Shown here: positions 11,620-24,318 of the stretch, piece after piece
Layout of the letters: every line of letters starts with the position of its first letter
Position numbering within the stretch: position 1 is the first letter of the stretch
Source of the DNA: Malacoraja senta
Taxonomy: Eukaryota
DNA length: 64,000 nt
Assembly (NCBI GenBank): GCA_038087875.1
Contig: CM075992.1
Span: forward strand, 2,358,001 to 2,422,000
Reading direction: 5' to 3'
Notes under the pieces: model-generated
What the model saw: the letters and a program-made list of their open reading frames with translations, nothing else
The model's database searches: none
Told to the model about the DNA's origin: nothing
Program-made: the position numbers and the translations under genes

Positions 11620-11850
11620 GTGGCGCAGGGGTAGAGTTGCTGCCTCACAGCGCCAGAGACCCGGGTTCCATCCCGACTACGGGTGCTGTCTGTACCGAGT
11701 TTGTACGTTCTCCCCGTGACCTGCGTGGGTTTTCTCCGAGATCTTCGGTTTCCTCCCACACACCAAAGACGTACAGGTTTGTATATTAATTGGTTTGGTA
11801 TAAAATGTAAAAAACAAAATTGTCCCTATTGTGTGTCGGTGTGTAGATGC
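11620..11850 (+). mobile_element. HE1-type V-SINE (mirror at ~51165-51390)
   Basis: tRNA-like head GTGGCGCAGGGGTAGAG..GGTTCCATCCC and V-domain GGTGCTGTCTGTAC.GAGTTTGTACGTTCTCCCCGTGAC. Confidence 0.85.
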
Positions 11851-12233
11851 TAGCTCCATGATTCTCACACCATATCAGAGTTGGTCCATAATGCTTCTCT
11901 GTCCTGATGCCAGTTTGAATTGATCATTTTTGCATTGTACCGATTACTAATTACTGGGGTAAACATCATAGTAGCATCCGAGACTTCTGTCATAAGTTCC
12001 ATCACTACTCTGGTATAATAAAGAAAATGAACCAACTAGCATTCATTCAAAGGTAGACAACAATGCTGGAGAAACTCAGCGGGTGAGGCAGCATGTATGG
12101 AGCGAAGGAAATAGGTGACGTTTCGGGTCGAGACCTGAAACGTCATCCATTCCTTCGCTCCATAGATGCTGCCTCACCAGCTGAGTTTCTCCAGCATTTT
12201 TGTCTACCTAACATTTATTCAAAGGTAACTTAC

Positions 12234-12548
12234 GGTAAGTTTGCAAGGTCACGGAGGAGTTTGTGATTTGCAAAGTGGTGTTGGAGCCTAGGTCTACTTC
12301 TGCCACGCAGGTATAAACCTGTCCATCGTCCGTAGTCCTTGCAGTAAATTGTAAGTCATTCCTTAATCGTTTATCCTCATTCAGGATACCTTTTTCTTCT
12401 GTGGAATTGGTCTGGATGATCTCGTTTCATCTTTGCCATTTGAGTATGAGCTTATTGTTAGGATAGACCCTGGGGCCAGTGCATTCCAGGCTATATGTTG
12501 TATTAATTTCCAACACTTCAGGAGGGGAAGTAATGTTCAACTCTCGAT
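12234..12548 (-). pseudogene. ICAM-like pseudogene, copy of exon 3 (Ig domain 2) with a nonsense codon
   Basis: 315-nt exon with splice sites intact; GGA>TGA at 12429-12427 (WQR*). Confidence 0.93.
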
Positions 12549-13469
12549 CTGTTGAAATACAATCGCAATGGACAGTAATCATCGAGGCATTACGATGTGT
12601 TAATGGACTGTTGACAGTAATCATCGAACCTGTCTGTATTTGAACATGTTTCGCTGAAGATTCAAAATAGAGTCAACGTGCAACAGAACTTCCATTCACT
12701 AAAACCTATTGTCAAATATGCCCTCTTAATTTTCTATTCCAGTTTATAGGTTTAAGGTGAGGGGGGGAAAGATTTAATAGGAAGCCAAGTGTAACCAGTG
12801 ATCAGTGCTGAACTACGATCTACAACATTGATGACCCTCAGACTATCATTGATCAGACTTTGCTGGCTTTACCTTGCACTAAATGTTATTCCCTTTTCAT
12901 ATATTTGTACACTGTAAAAGGCTTGATTGTAATCATGTATTGTCTTTCCACTGGCTGGTTAGCACGCAACAAAAGCTATTCCCTGTAGCTCGAGACACAT
13001 GACAATGAACTAAACTGAACTGAACTAGAGGTGTATTTTTTTCCACAAATGGGTATTATAGATTGAAACTGATCTCATCTGCCTGTACATGATCCATATC
13101 CCTCTATTCCCTGCACTTTCGTATGCCAGTCCAAAAGCCTCCTAAATGTTTTTATCGCATCTGCCTCCACCACCACCCCGGCAATGTGTTCTGGGCCCCC
13201 AGCACTCTCTGTGTAAAATGTAACTTTCCCCACATATCTCTATTAAACTTCCCACCTCTCACCTTATAGTTACGCCCTCTAGTGTAAGACATTTCCACCC
13301 TGGGAGAAAGGTTCTGACTGTATGGCCTCTCATAATTGTGTATACATCTATCAAGTCACCCCTCAACCTCCTACGTTCCAAAGAAAGAAGTCCAAGTCTA
13401 TCCAACCTCTCCCTATAGCTAAAAACCTCCAATCCAGGCAGCATTCTGCTAAACCTACTCCAAAGGGCA

Positions 13470-13840
13470 GCGCGATGGCACAGCGGTAGAGTTGCTAACT
13501 TACAGCACCAGAGTCCCGGGTTCGAACCCGACTACGGGTGCTGTCTGTACAGAGTTTGTACGTTCTTCCCGTGACCACGTGGGTTTTCTCCGAGATCTTC
13601 GATTGCCTCCAAAGGTGTACAGATATGTGGGTTAATTGGCTCCGTACGAATGTAAACTGTCCCTAGTGTGTGGAATAGTGTTAATGTGCGGGGATCGCTG
13701 GTGGATGTGGATGGCTTGGTATAAATGTAAATTGTCCTTAGTGTGTGTAGATAGAGTTAGTTTGCAGACATCACTGGTTGGTGCGGACCCAGTGGGCCAA
13801 AGTGCCTGATTCCGTGCTGTATCTCTAAACTAAACTAAGC
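13470..13840 (+). mobile_element. HE1-type V-SINE inserted in an older CR1 fragment (mirror at ~49030-49405)
   Basis: tRNA head, V-domain and CR1/HER1-like tail ending TCTCTAAACTAAACTAA. Confidence 0.85.
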
Positions 13841-14438
13841 CTCTGCATCTTTCTGTAAAGGGGCGACCAGAACTGCAAGCAATACTCCAAATAAACACTC
13901 CAATAATCCAAACATTATGGAATTATAATGGTCACAATTTTATAATCAGGAAATAAATTAAAAGTTAGAATGGTTGCGGTATCATTTACGTGAAAAATAT
14001 GAACTATATTATGAAATAATAATGGTCAGGATATTGTAATCAGGGAAGGAATTATGTGAGGGATGGAAGGATGAGGAGGCAGCACTGATTTAACTTTCAA
14101 CAATCTTGTTTTAAAAGAGCTCTAACAGCAAAAATGTGTTCCTCTGGCACCCCATTTCCTCTGGATAAATAAACTAAACACTTTATGTCATCTGAGCTGT
14201 AGATAAGCGAAAACGAGATCCTGTGTCAGTATTTTTAGACACAATCGACTCCATTAACGTGGGGCTGCTGGAACAGGCTTATCTGAAATAGTTGTCTAAA
14301 TAGTTATACCACAACCAGTGTGTTGAAGCAGGAGAGGTCACTACTGCATCACTTAAGAATTGTTCATGCTCTGGTTTTTTTTGGACTGAGGAGATCGGAG
14401 GTTTTTTTGGTAGCTAAAAGGTGTTTGGTAGCTAAAAC

Positions 14439-14755
14439 ATGTTCCCGATGTTGGGGGAGTCCAGAACTAGGGACCACAGTTTAAGAATAAGGGGTAAGCC
14501 ATTTAGAACGGAGATGAGGAAACACTTTTTCACACAGAGAGTTGTGAGTCTGTGGAATTCTCTGCCTCAGAGGGCGGTGGAGGCCGGTTCTCTGGATACT
14601 TTCAAGAGAGAGCTAGATAGGGCTCTTAAAGATAGCGGTGTCAGGGGGTATGGGGAGAATGCAGGAACGGGGTACTGATTAGGGATGATCAGCCATGATC
14701 ACATTGAATGGTGGTGCTGGCTCGAAGGGCCGAATGGCCTACTGCACCTATTGTT
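14439..14755 (+). mobile_element. CR1 3' fragment (mirror at ~48100-48411)
   Basis: MFPMLGESRTRDHSLRIRG...FFTQRVVSLWNSLP plus CR1 3' UTR. Confidence 0.9.
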
Positions 14756-15974
14756 GTTGGTGCTGGTACACATATCGTGCCTTGTTGTTGGTGATGGGAG
14801 CTTCTGGTTCAGCTTTGGGAGGGGAGTGAGTGAGGAGCATGAAGACAGAGTGAGTACTGGACACGTCCCCAGCTCTCTGCATGAGGGGCCGGGGTCTCTG
14901 CGGCTCCCTGCCCCGTGAATTCCTGCTTGTTTAACCCCCTCTGCAACGCCGCATTTCTTCCCTCTCGACCCTGGGTTAAACTTTACCCCCCCTCCCCTCA
15001 CCCGGTTATAGCAGACAATCGGCAATAACGGGCACCATCCCCCCACCCCCGAAACGTGGTCCGTTATTGTGAGCGTTTACTATACTGAGGGAAGATGCAC
15101 AGATCTCTTGCCCAAAGTAGGGGAATCAAGGGCCAGAGGACACACTGTAGGTTCAAGGTGAAGGGGAAAAGGTTTAATAGGAATCTGAGAGGTAACTTTT
15201 TCACACAAAGGGTGGTGGGTGTAGAGGAGGTAGTTGAGGCTGGGACTATCCCAACGTTTAAGAAACAGTTAAACAGGTACATGGATAGGACAGGTTTGGA
15301 GGGTTATGGACCAAAGGCAGGCAGGTGGGACTAGTGTAGCTGGGACATGTTGGTCGGTGTGGGCAAGTTGGGGTGAAGGGCCTGTTTCCTCACTGTATCA
15401 CTCTCTGACTCTATAACTCCACACAGGCTGCATTTTCTTCCTGGGAATGCATGGGTGCTGCGAGGTTGGGAGCTGTCATGCAGCTGCGTTAACCCCTGTG
15501 CTGCCATGCAGCTTGAAAGGGTGACCCAGCCGTCACTGGGACTTCTTGACTGACCGACCAATACACCATGGATGGTTCAGTCACATCTGTTGTGGGAAAC
15601 ACATCTGGATTGTATTTTTATTCTACGATAAGTAATTACAGTAAGTGCCATCCCCGTGCGTTACAATAAAACTGCTCTGTTTTTACACATTGAGCTCTCT
15701 TCAGCAAATATATTTATAGGCAATGCTAATTGATGTCACAAAGCATTGAGATCAACGAGGCACAGGGATTGTAACGTGGATAGTCAAACTCAGGACCTAC
15801 CCTATATCGACAATCCTTCCTCACAAGGAAGTCATGATGCAGCTCTTTGGTTGGGCCACGCTTGTGTGCAGTTTAGTTTTGGTTTTGTTTAGATACAAAT
15901 GTGCAGGGATCGCACGTCGATGTGGATGGCTTGGTGTAAATGTAAATTATCCTTAATGTGTGCAGATAGAGTTT

Positions 15975-16440
15975 GTATAACAGTTTGATAACAGTTTGGT
16001 ACAGCAGTTTAGACACTCACTCCCGTAATAAACTACAGCGCATTGTCAACAAAGCATCCAAAATCATCAGCACTCCCCTCCTGTCAATAGAATCACTCAA
16101 TCTCAAACGGTCCGTGTCATGGGTGAAGAAAATCATTTCTGATCCCTCCCACCCAGCTCACCACATCTTCCACCTGCTGCCGTCAGGAAGGCGCTACAGC
16201 TCACTGCCCGCCAAAACATCACGATTTAAAAACAGTTTCTACCCATATGCAATTCGAACTCTGAACACTCTATGACAACATCACATAGCCACCTCGTGCA
16301 TGTACTGTATACTGTATGTTGTTGTGTTTTATGTTATGTTTGACGGGAATCAGCCTATTGTGTAACATCCTGTACTGAACATGAATTCCACCAGCTTGAC
16401 TGTGTGGTCATTAAATAATCTGAATCTGAATCTGAATCTG
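15975..16440 (+). mobile_element. Rex1/Babar LINE 3' fragment, present only in the left arm
   Basis: ITVWYSS..KLQRIVNKASKII..DPSHPAHHIFHLLPSGRRY..RFKNSFYP; (AATCTG)n tail; interrupts a SINE tail. Confidence 0.85.
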
Positions 16441-17279
16441 AGTATGCAGGGATTGATGGTCGGCATGGACTCGGTGGGCCGAAGGGCCTGTTTCCATGCT
16501 GTATCTCTAAACTAATCTAAGCTAAGCTGTGCTGTTCCGTTCAGTGTTCTCAGGAAATCCTCTGTATCTGATGCAGAGAAGATCTACAGCCAGTCCACAA
16601 ACACAATATGTGACCCAGATTCACTTATTGCAAAGCCACATGACAGGCACACACTTCCTGCCTCACTTTGTCACACCAGGTCTATGACGGCACACTAAAA
16701 ATGGATATAAAGTTAAAGTTCCCAGAGGCCATCTGCAGGGAACAAACAAGATGGCCCATCGTTTAATGCTTTGAAATTACTAACACATTTAATAGACAAT
16801 AGAAATAGGTGCAGGAGTAGGCCATTCGGCCCTTCGAGCCATCACCGCCATTCAATGTGATCATCCCCAATCAGTACCCCGTTCCTGCCTTCTTCCCATA
16901 TCCCCTTACTCTGCTATCTTTAAGAGCCCTATCTAGATCTCCCTTGAAAGTATCCAGAGAACCCGCCTCTGAGGTAGAGAATTCCACAGACTCACAACTC
17001 TCTGTGAAAAAGTGTTTCCTTGGCTCCGTTCTAAATGGCTTACCCCTTATTCTTTGGTTTCTGTTTCATTGCTGTAAAAAAACTCGTGGGTCTGTAACCT
17101 TTGCCTCTCCTTTAGTTGTTGACATTGTGTAATGTTATCTGGAATCGGGGTTAATTTGAGTGGTTCCTTCTACCACACTGCGGCAGATCATCAACGCAAG
17201 CTTATATCAGATTTAAAACAAGCATTGTCCATAAGACCATTACACAGGAAGAGTTAGGCTATTCAGCCCATTGGTCGGC

Positions 17280-17596
17280 ATGGTGGTGCAGCGGTAGAGT
17301 TGCTGCCATACAGCGCTTACAGCGCCGGAGACCCAGGTTCGATCCTGTCCACGGGTGCTGGCTGTACGGAGTTTGTACCTTCTCCCCGTGACCTGCGTGC
17401 GTTTTCTCCGGGAGCTCCGGTTTCCTTCCACACTCCAAAGATGTACAGGTTTGTAGGTTAATTGGCTTGGTCAAATTGTAAATTGCCCATAGTGTGTGTA
17501 GGATAGTGTTAGTGTGCGGGGATCACTGGTCGGTGCGGACTCGGTGGGGCTGAAGGACCTGTTTCTGCCTGTATCTCTACACTAAACTAGACTAAA
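17280..17596 (+). mobile_element. Chimeric HE1-type SINE marking a deletion junction
   Basis: 5' part and flank match the SINE at ~45195-45505; 3' part and flank match the SINE at ~41640-41916; switch within GAGACCC at 17328-17334. Confidence 0.85.
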
Positions 17597-19239
17597 TCGG
17601 ATAATACTATACATGAATTCAATCAGGCCAAACTCAAGTACAATAGGAAGAGCAAGAGAAAGGTGCAGAGTGCAGAATATGGTTCTCAGCATTGTAGCGT
17701 AAGTTCCAGAATAAAAGTCCTATGTCCAGAAGCATGACTTCTGCATGTGAAAGGCGACAATATCAGAATTAATGTGTAGGTAGGAACTGCAGATGCTGAT
17801 TTACACCGAAGATAGACTATACATGCTTACAATCGAGCCATTTACAGTGTCTAGGTACTGGATAAGGGCAATAACATTTAGTGCAAGATAAAGTCCAGTG
17901 AAGGAAGGATCTCGACCCAAACTGTCGCCTATCCGTGTTCTCCATGTGATAAGGAATAGGAGCAGAATTAGGCCATTCGGCCCATCAAGTCCTTTCAGTG
18001 ATGACTGTCTTGCTGAGTTACTCCAGCGTTTTGTACCTTTCCTTGGTAAACCAGCATCTGCAGTTCCTTATTTCTACTTATCCAGCCTGGATTTGCTTTG
18101 CCAATCAAAGCAGCCAAACAACTTTAGCCAACAGAGCTTGGCTATGAAGAGAATGTTATTTATGATAAGATATTGATGATGATTAGCTGGAAATTCATTT
18201 CTTGTGGGACGAGGCGCTACTGTCAAAACAAATCAATATTTCTTCCTGTGCATCTGTGCTTTATGTCAGGAAAAAGGAAAATGACATATTTTATTTGCAT
18301 CCATTGAGAATATTGTGTTATGCAAGCCCCTTTGATGCTAAATTTCTTTCCTGTTGTAATGACTTTGATGCCAAGAATCAGAGGAGTTTTCTAGTGTCAT
18401 GACAGCGAATTCCCAACACAAAGTTCCTACATGGAACATACACATTAGTTCCTTTCACATAAGATAGACACAAAAAGCTGGAGTAACTCAGCGGGACAGG
18501 CAGGCAGCATTTCTGGAGAGGAGGAATGGGTCGAGACCCTTCTTCAGACCCTCGACCCGAAACGTCACCCATTCCTTCTCTCCAGAGATGCTGCCTGTCG
18601 CACTGAGTTACTCAGTCTGAAGAAGGGTTTTGGCCCAAAACGTTGCCTATTTCCTTCACTCCATAGATGCTGCCGCACCCGCTGAGTTTCTCCAGCACTT
18701 TTGTCTACCTTCGATTTTCCAGCATCTGCAGTTCCTTCTTAAGCACTGAGTTACTCCATTATTTTGTGTTTATCTTCGCTGTCAACCAACATCTGCAGTT
18801 CCTTCCTCCACAGTTCCTTTCACATGCCCAGCACAGTAATTTAATTACTTTTTTATGACTAGTTACAGTTATTTTGTAAGCAGAGACTGATGGTAGATCA
18901 CATGTTTGCTCGTTAATAGGAAGAAAAGCCAACAACTGTGTGGACATTCCTAATTATAGGAACAATTTACTGAGATCTTGGCTACTCTTATAGTCAGTGC
19001 CACTTTCCTGCCTGACCCCATAACGTTGCTGTGAAGACCAAGTTCAGGCCAAGGTTTCCAATTTCCTGAGCTGTCATTGTCATCAAAACTGGCTTCCATT
19101 TCCCAAAGATAGACACAAAAAGCTGGAGAATAGTTCTCATTCCGCTAACATGCAGAATATGGTGGTAGCGCAACAGCTCCAGGATAAAAGTCTAATGTCC
19201 GCATCACTTCTGCATGTGAAAGACAACATTAACAGAATT

Positions 19240-19875
19240 AAAGGTAGACAAAAATGCTGGAGAAACTCAGTGGGTGAGGCAGCATCTATGGAGTGAAGGA
19301 AATAGGCAACGTTTCGGGTCGAGGCCCTTCTTCAGACTGATGTGAGGATGGGGGGGGGGGGAGGCGGGAAGAAGAAAGGAAGTGGCGGAGCCAGTGGGCT
19401 GAGGGAGAGCTGAGAAGGGGAGGAGAAAGCAGGGACTACCTGAAATTAGAGAAGTCAATGTACATACCGCTGGGGTGCAAACTGCCCAAGCGAAATATGA
19501 GGTGCTGCTCCTCCAATTTATGGTGGTCCTCAGTCTGGCCATGGTGGAGTCCCAGGACAGAAAGGTCGGATTCGGAATGGGAGGGGGAGTTGAAGTGCTG
19601 GGCCACCGGGAGATCAGGTAGGTTAATGCGAACCGAGCGGAGGTGTTGGGCGAAGAGATCGCCAAGCCCACGCTTGGTCTCACCGATGTAGAGCAGCTGA
19701 CATCGAGAGTAGCGGATGCAATAGATGAGGTTGGAGGAGGTGCAGGTGAACCTCTGTCACACCTGGAAAGACTGCTTGGGTCGTTGAATGGAGTCAAGGG
19801 GGGAGGTAAAGAGAGAAGTGTAGCATTTCCTACGGTTGCAAGGGAAAGTGCCGGGAGAGGGGGTGGACGAATTGA
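19240..19875 (-). mobile_element. Penelope-like element 3' part: GIY-YIG endonuclease remnant plus pseudo-LTR (duplicate at ~24977-25610)
   Basis: Minus strand reads PGTFPCNRRKCYT...FTCTSSNLIYCI...YIGETKR...HFNSPSH..DLSVLGL...LEEQHLIFRLGSLHPSG, followed by CTGAAGAAGGGCCTCGACCCGAAACGTT. Confidence 0.88.
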
Positions 19876-22800
19876 CCAGGGAAGGGACGAATTGATCCCT
19901 GGTCATTTTGTCCCTTCCCACTCAAACCACCCACTCTCCTGGCACTTTCCCTTGCAACCACAGGAAATGCTACACTTGTCGATCCCCACCTCTAATCTTG
20001 TTTTCAAGCGTCATTCTATTGAGCAATTACAAGTGGCTTGGGCCAGGGCCCTGCTGAGCTACTGTTCTTTAGCTCAGGCGATTGAGTCATACATGGCACC
20101 ATGCAGATAAACTGCTCAGAGTTGCTGCCGTCAGCAGTTAAGGGAAGTTAAAAGTTCAGTCATATTTATTCATCAGATCGCTTGTCCTCAGAGCAGTGGG
20201 CTCAACTTTCCTGGTTTAGCGAGCCGTACGTGAGCTAGTCTTCCAGTCCTGATCTCTGTTGACAATGTCTATGTTTAGTTTAGTTTCATTTAGAGATACA
20301 GCACGGAAATGGGCCCTGCGACCCATCGGGTCAGTGCAGACCATCGAGCACCCCTTCACACTAGTTCTATGTTGTGCCCCGTTCCCATCCACTCCTTACA
20401 CACCAGGCTTGGAACAATTTACAGCGGACAGTCAACCTACAAAGCTGCAAGCCTTTTGGATGTGGGAGGAAACAAGAACATCCAGAGGAAACCCATGCAG
20501 TCCAATGGAGAACGTGCAAACTCCACACAGACAACATTCGAGGTCAGGATTGAACCTGAGTCTGTGAAGCTGCAGCTCTATGGCTGTAGTGCTGTGAATG
20601 TTTGGACAGATACATAGATACGAAATTTGGAGGGATAAGGGCCAAACGTGGGCAGGTGGGACTGGTGTAGATGGGGCACCTTGGTTGGGGTTGGCAAGTG
20701 GAGCTGAAGGCCCTGTTTCCATGCTGTCTGATTCTATGATTCACTGACTACCTGCATTGATGTCAAATAATAAACAGTAGTTTGTTTCAGTGTGAGAGTT
20801 TCTGCCATGGAATAACCTGCTGATATACAATAAACCCTTTCATATGAAGAACTGCAGAGTTTTAATGTTGGATTCATCAACATCTAGAACACCAGGGAGT
20901 AAGGCCATAAGCTCATAAGTGATAAGAGTAGAATTAGGCCATTCGACCCATCAAGTCTACTCCTCTATTCAATCATGGCTGATCTATCTCTCCCTCCTAA
21001 CCCCATTCTCCTGCCTTCTCCCCATAACCTCTGACACCCGTACTAATCAAGTATCTACCTATCTCTGACTTTAAAATATCCATTGACGTGGCTCCATGGC
21101 TGTTAACAGAATGTTATTGTTTAGTGGTGGGGGAATTTAATGCAGAACTAGGGAGGTAGCACTTCAGATATAGAGAGCATTGGTGAGACCACATCTGGAG
21201 AACCGTGCAAAGTATCGGTCTCCTACTTCATTGGAAGTGGTTTAAAGAAAGTTTATTACAGCCTTCTGAGACAAAGGTGTTGGGTGAAAAGGAAATTCCT
21301 TTTATTCAAGTAAACAATTCAGTCTGCAGTCATCAGATTTTTAGCACTAATGACTGCTTATTATTAGAATATACCAAGGATGTTTAAAGATCAAGGATGT
21401 GTCGGAAACACAACACACTCAGCCTCATTCGATTGATCAAACCGATAACATACAGAATGAAGAAGGGTCTCGACCCAAAACGTCACCCATTCCTTCTCTC
21501 CAGAGATGCTGCCTGTCCCGTTGAGTTACTCCAGCATTTTGTGTCTATCTTCAGTTTAAACCAGTATCTGCAGTTCCTTCCAAAAATACAGAATACATCA
21601 GGATTACCCTTTTGTTAATACAGGAAAATAAAGTTGTTTTGATCAGAAACATTTATTTCAGATATTCCTGTGGGGAGTGAAATCTGAAAACTTGTAAACA
21701 TTCAGAGAATTAGCGAATCTTACAGCCTCAGAGATGGTCATGCTCGTTCTGTTTGGGTTCAATGGCTCAGTGGTCGTATGTACCTAGGTTCAGTGAAATT
21801 CCTTTCGTGCATATCCTTCAGTAAATATCTTATTCTACATAGGCACAATCATATATAGGTCCAAGAGTAGAAACAGGAAACAAGGAACTGCAAATGCTAG
21901 TTTACAAAAAAAAAAAGACACAGTGCTGGAGTAACTCAGCATCTCTGGAGAACATGGACAGGTGACGTTTCGGGTCTGGACCCTTCTTCAGACTTATTGA
22001 AAGGGGGGGGGGCAGTAGTGGTGCAGAAAGAAAGCTGTAAGAGAGGAGGAGGCAGGGACAAAACCGGACATGTAATAAGTTGAAGATAGACACAAAAAGC
22101 TGGAGGAGCTCAGCAGGTCAGGCAGCATCTTTGGGGAAAAGGAATAGGTACATCACATTATCCTTTTCTCCATAGATGCTGCCTGACCTGTCGAGACCCT
22201 TCTTCACACTCGACCTGAAACGTCACCAATTCCTTTTCTCCAGAGATGCTGCCTGACCCTCTGAGTTACTCCAGCTTTCTGTGTCTATCTTCGGTTTAAA
22301 CCAGGATCTGCAGTTCCTTCCTACACATGTAATAATCTGTTGATACAGGTGAGGGGGGTTATTTGATAGGCAATGGTTGGACAAGGCTAAAAATGAAAAG
22401 AGAGACGGTGTGAGACAAAAGGATTTCAGAGTTGCGAAATGTGAAGCTGGAGGAAGGAATGTAGGTGTGAGGGAGGGGGAGGGGAGAAGTGGGTGTAAGT
22501 CCAGGCGGGGGACAGGAAGTGGGGAGAAGGGGGTTGGAAAGAAGAGGATTACATGGGGGAAGAAGAGAGAGGTGAAGACTATTCTGAGGACTCGCAGAAT
22601 GATAGAGTTATAGAGTCATAGAGTGATACAGTGTGGAAACAGGCCCTTCGGCCCAACTTGCCCACACCGGCCAACACATCCCAGCTACACTAGTCCCACC
22701 TGCCCGTGCTTGGTCCATATCCCTCCAAACCTATCCTATCCATGTATTTACGATTTAATGAGAACAGAGGGAACAATAATAAATCTTCTGGCCCTCTCCT

Positions 22801-24118
22801 TTTCCCAGGAGCAGCTGCCAGATCACCTATCCTACATTTCCAATCAGTCACCTCCATGTTGATAGATATTTGGTGCAGGCAGCTTGACATTTTACATTGT
22901 TGACAGCCATCCTTTGAACTGACTCAGCACCAGATTCTTGTTCTTAACCTTTTAATCTTCAGTTTTCATTAATTGAAACAATATGTACTATTTAATAACT
23001 GGTGGAGAGCTTCAGTTGGCAGAGTTCCTGGTTGGCAATGAAGTAGAGATTCTCCGGGGCTTTAAAATGGGTGTCAACATGGAAGATAGAACATTACAGC
23101 ACGGGAATGGGCCCTGCAGCCCACAATTTTCATGCTGAAAAATTATGCCAAGTTAAAACTGGTCTCTTCTGCCTGTACGTGATCCATATCCCTCTATTCC
23201 CTGCAGTCACATGTGCTTCATAAAATACCAATATTGTATCTGCCTGCACCACCACCCCTGGCAATGCGTTCCTAGACCCCACCACTCTCTGCGTGAAAAA
23301 TCTTGCCCCGCACATCTCCATGGCACTCTTGATAGACACAACATGCTGGAGTAACTCAGCGGGACAGGCAGCATCTCTGGAGAGAAGGAATGGGTGACGT
23401 TTCAGGTCGAGACCCTTCTTCAGACTGAGTCAGGGGAGAGGGAGACCAGAGATATGGAAGGGTAAGGTGTGAAATTGACAGATCAAAGCAGATGCTGATA
23501 AGGAAATGTAGAATGGTTTATTGATAGCTGAGGGGAAGGTGACAACGAGGCATACAAACAGTAGAACTAGTCGGAGAACTAGGATGGGGGAGGGATGGAG
23601 AGAGAGGGAACGCAAGGGCCCCTAGCTTATGCACTCCATTGGCAGGGATTACTCCGGCCACTAGAGGGAGCTTGAACCCCTGTTCTGCAGCAACCCACAA
23701 CACAATGAATACATCCTGCATATTTAGCATGAGAACATTCCTAAAGTCTTCACTGAAGTTTTATTAAACAATATTTGGAAATTTCTGGGCTGATTGTCCA
23801 AACTTGGACAACGAGGTCAGTTTTAAATTGGTTTAAAGGGAGTGCAGTTGTGCAGGGAGTGGTGATCTAAGTTCAATTCCAACCTCCCATGCTGTCTGTG
23901 TGGAGTTTGCACGTTCTTCTGTGTGTGCTTGGGTTACCCTCGATGCTCCAAGTTCTTTCCAGGTCCCCAAAGCAAGATGGTCGGTAGATTAATTAGCTGC
24001 TGTGAATGATCTCTGGTGCAGGTGAACAGTGGGTAAATCAGAGGGTGACAATGGGCATCTAGAGAGGGCAGATTGCAGGGAAATACATGGAGGAATGGGG
24101 TTAATAGGGTGGCTCAGG

Positions 24119-24318
24119 NNNNNNNNNNNNNNNNNNNNNNNNNNNNNNNNNNNNNNNNNNNNNNNNNNNNNNNNNNNNNNNNNNNNNNNNNNNNNNNNNN
24201 NNNNNNNNNNNNNNNNNNNNNNNNNNNNNNNNNNNNNNNNNNNNNNNNNNNNNNNNNNNNNNNNNNNNNNNNNNNNNNNNNNNNNNNNNNNNNNNNNNNN
24301 NNNNNNNNNNNNNNNNNN
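24119..24318. other. Assembly gap (exactly 200 N)
   Basis: Run of N; the round length suggests an unsized scaffold join. Confidence 0.99.

Larger units (their letters stand above)
9825..23426 (-). repeat. Left arm of large inverted segmental duplication (partner ~34483-55066)
   Basis: Colinear reverse-complement match shown by mirrored ORFs (10218/54470, 11269/51452, 14439/48172, 18378/40663, 20259/37497, 22377/35295, 23130/34569), with scattered substitutions and arm-specific indels. Confidence 0.96.
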
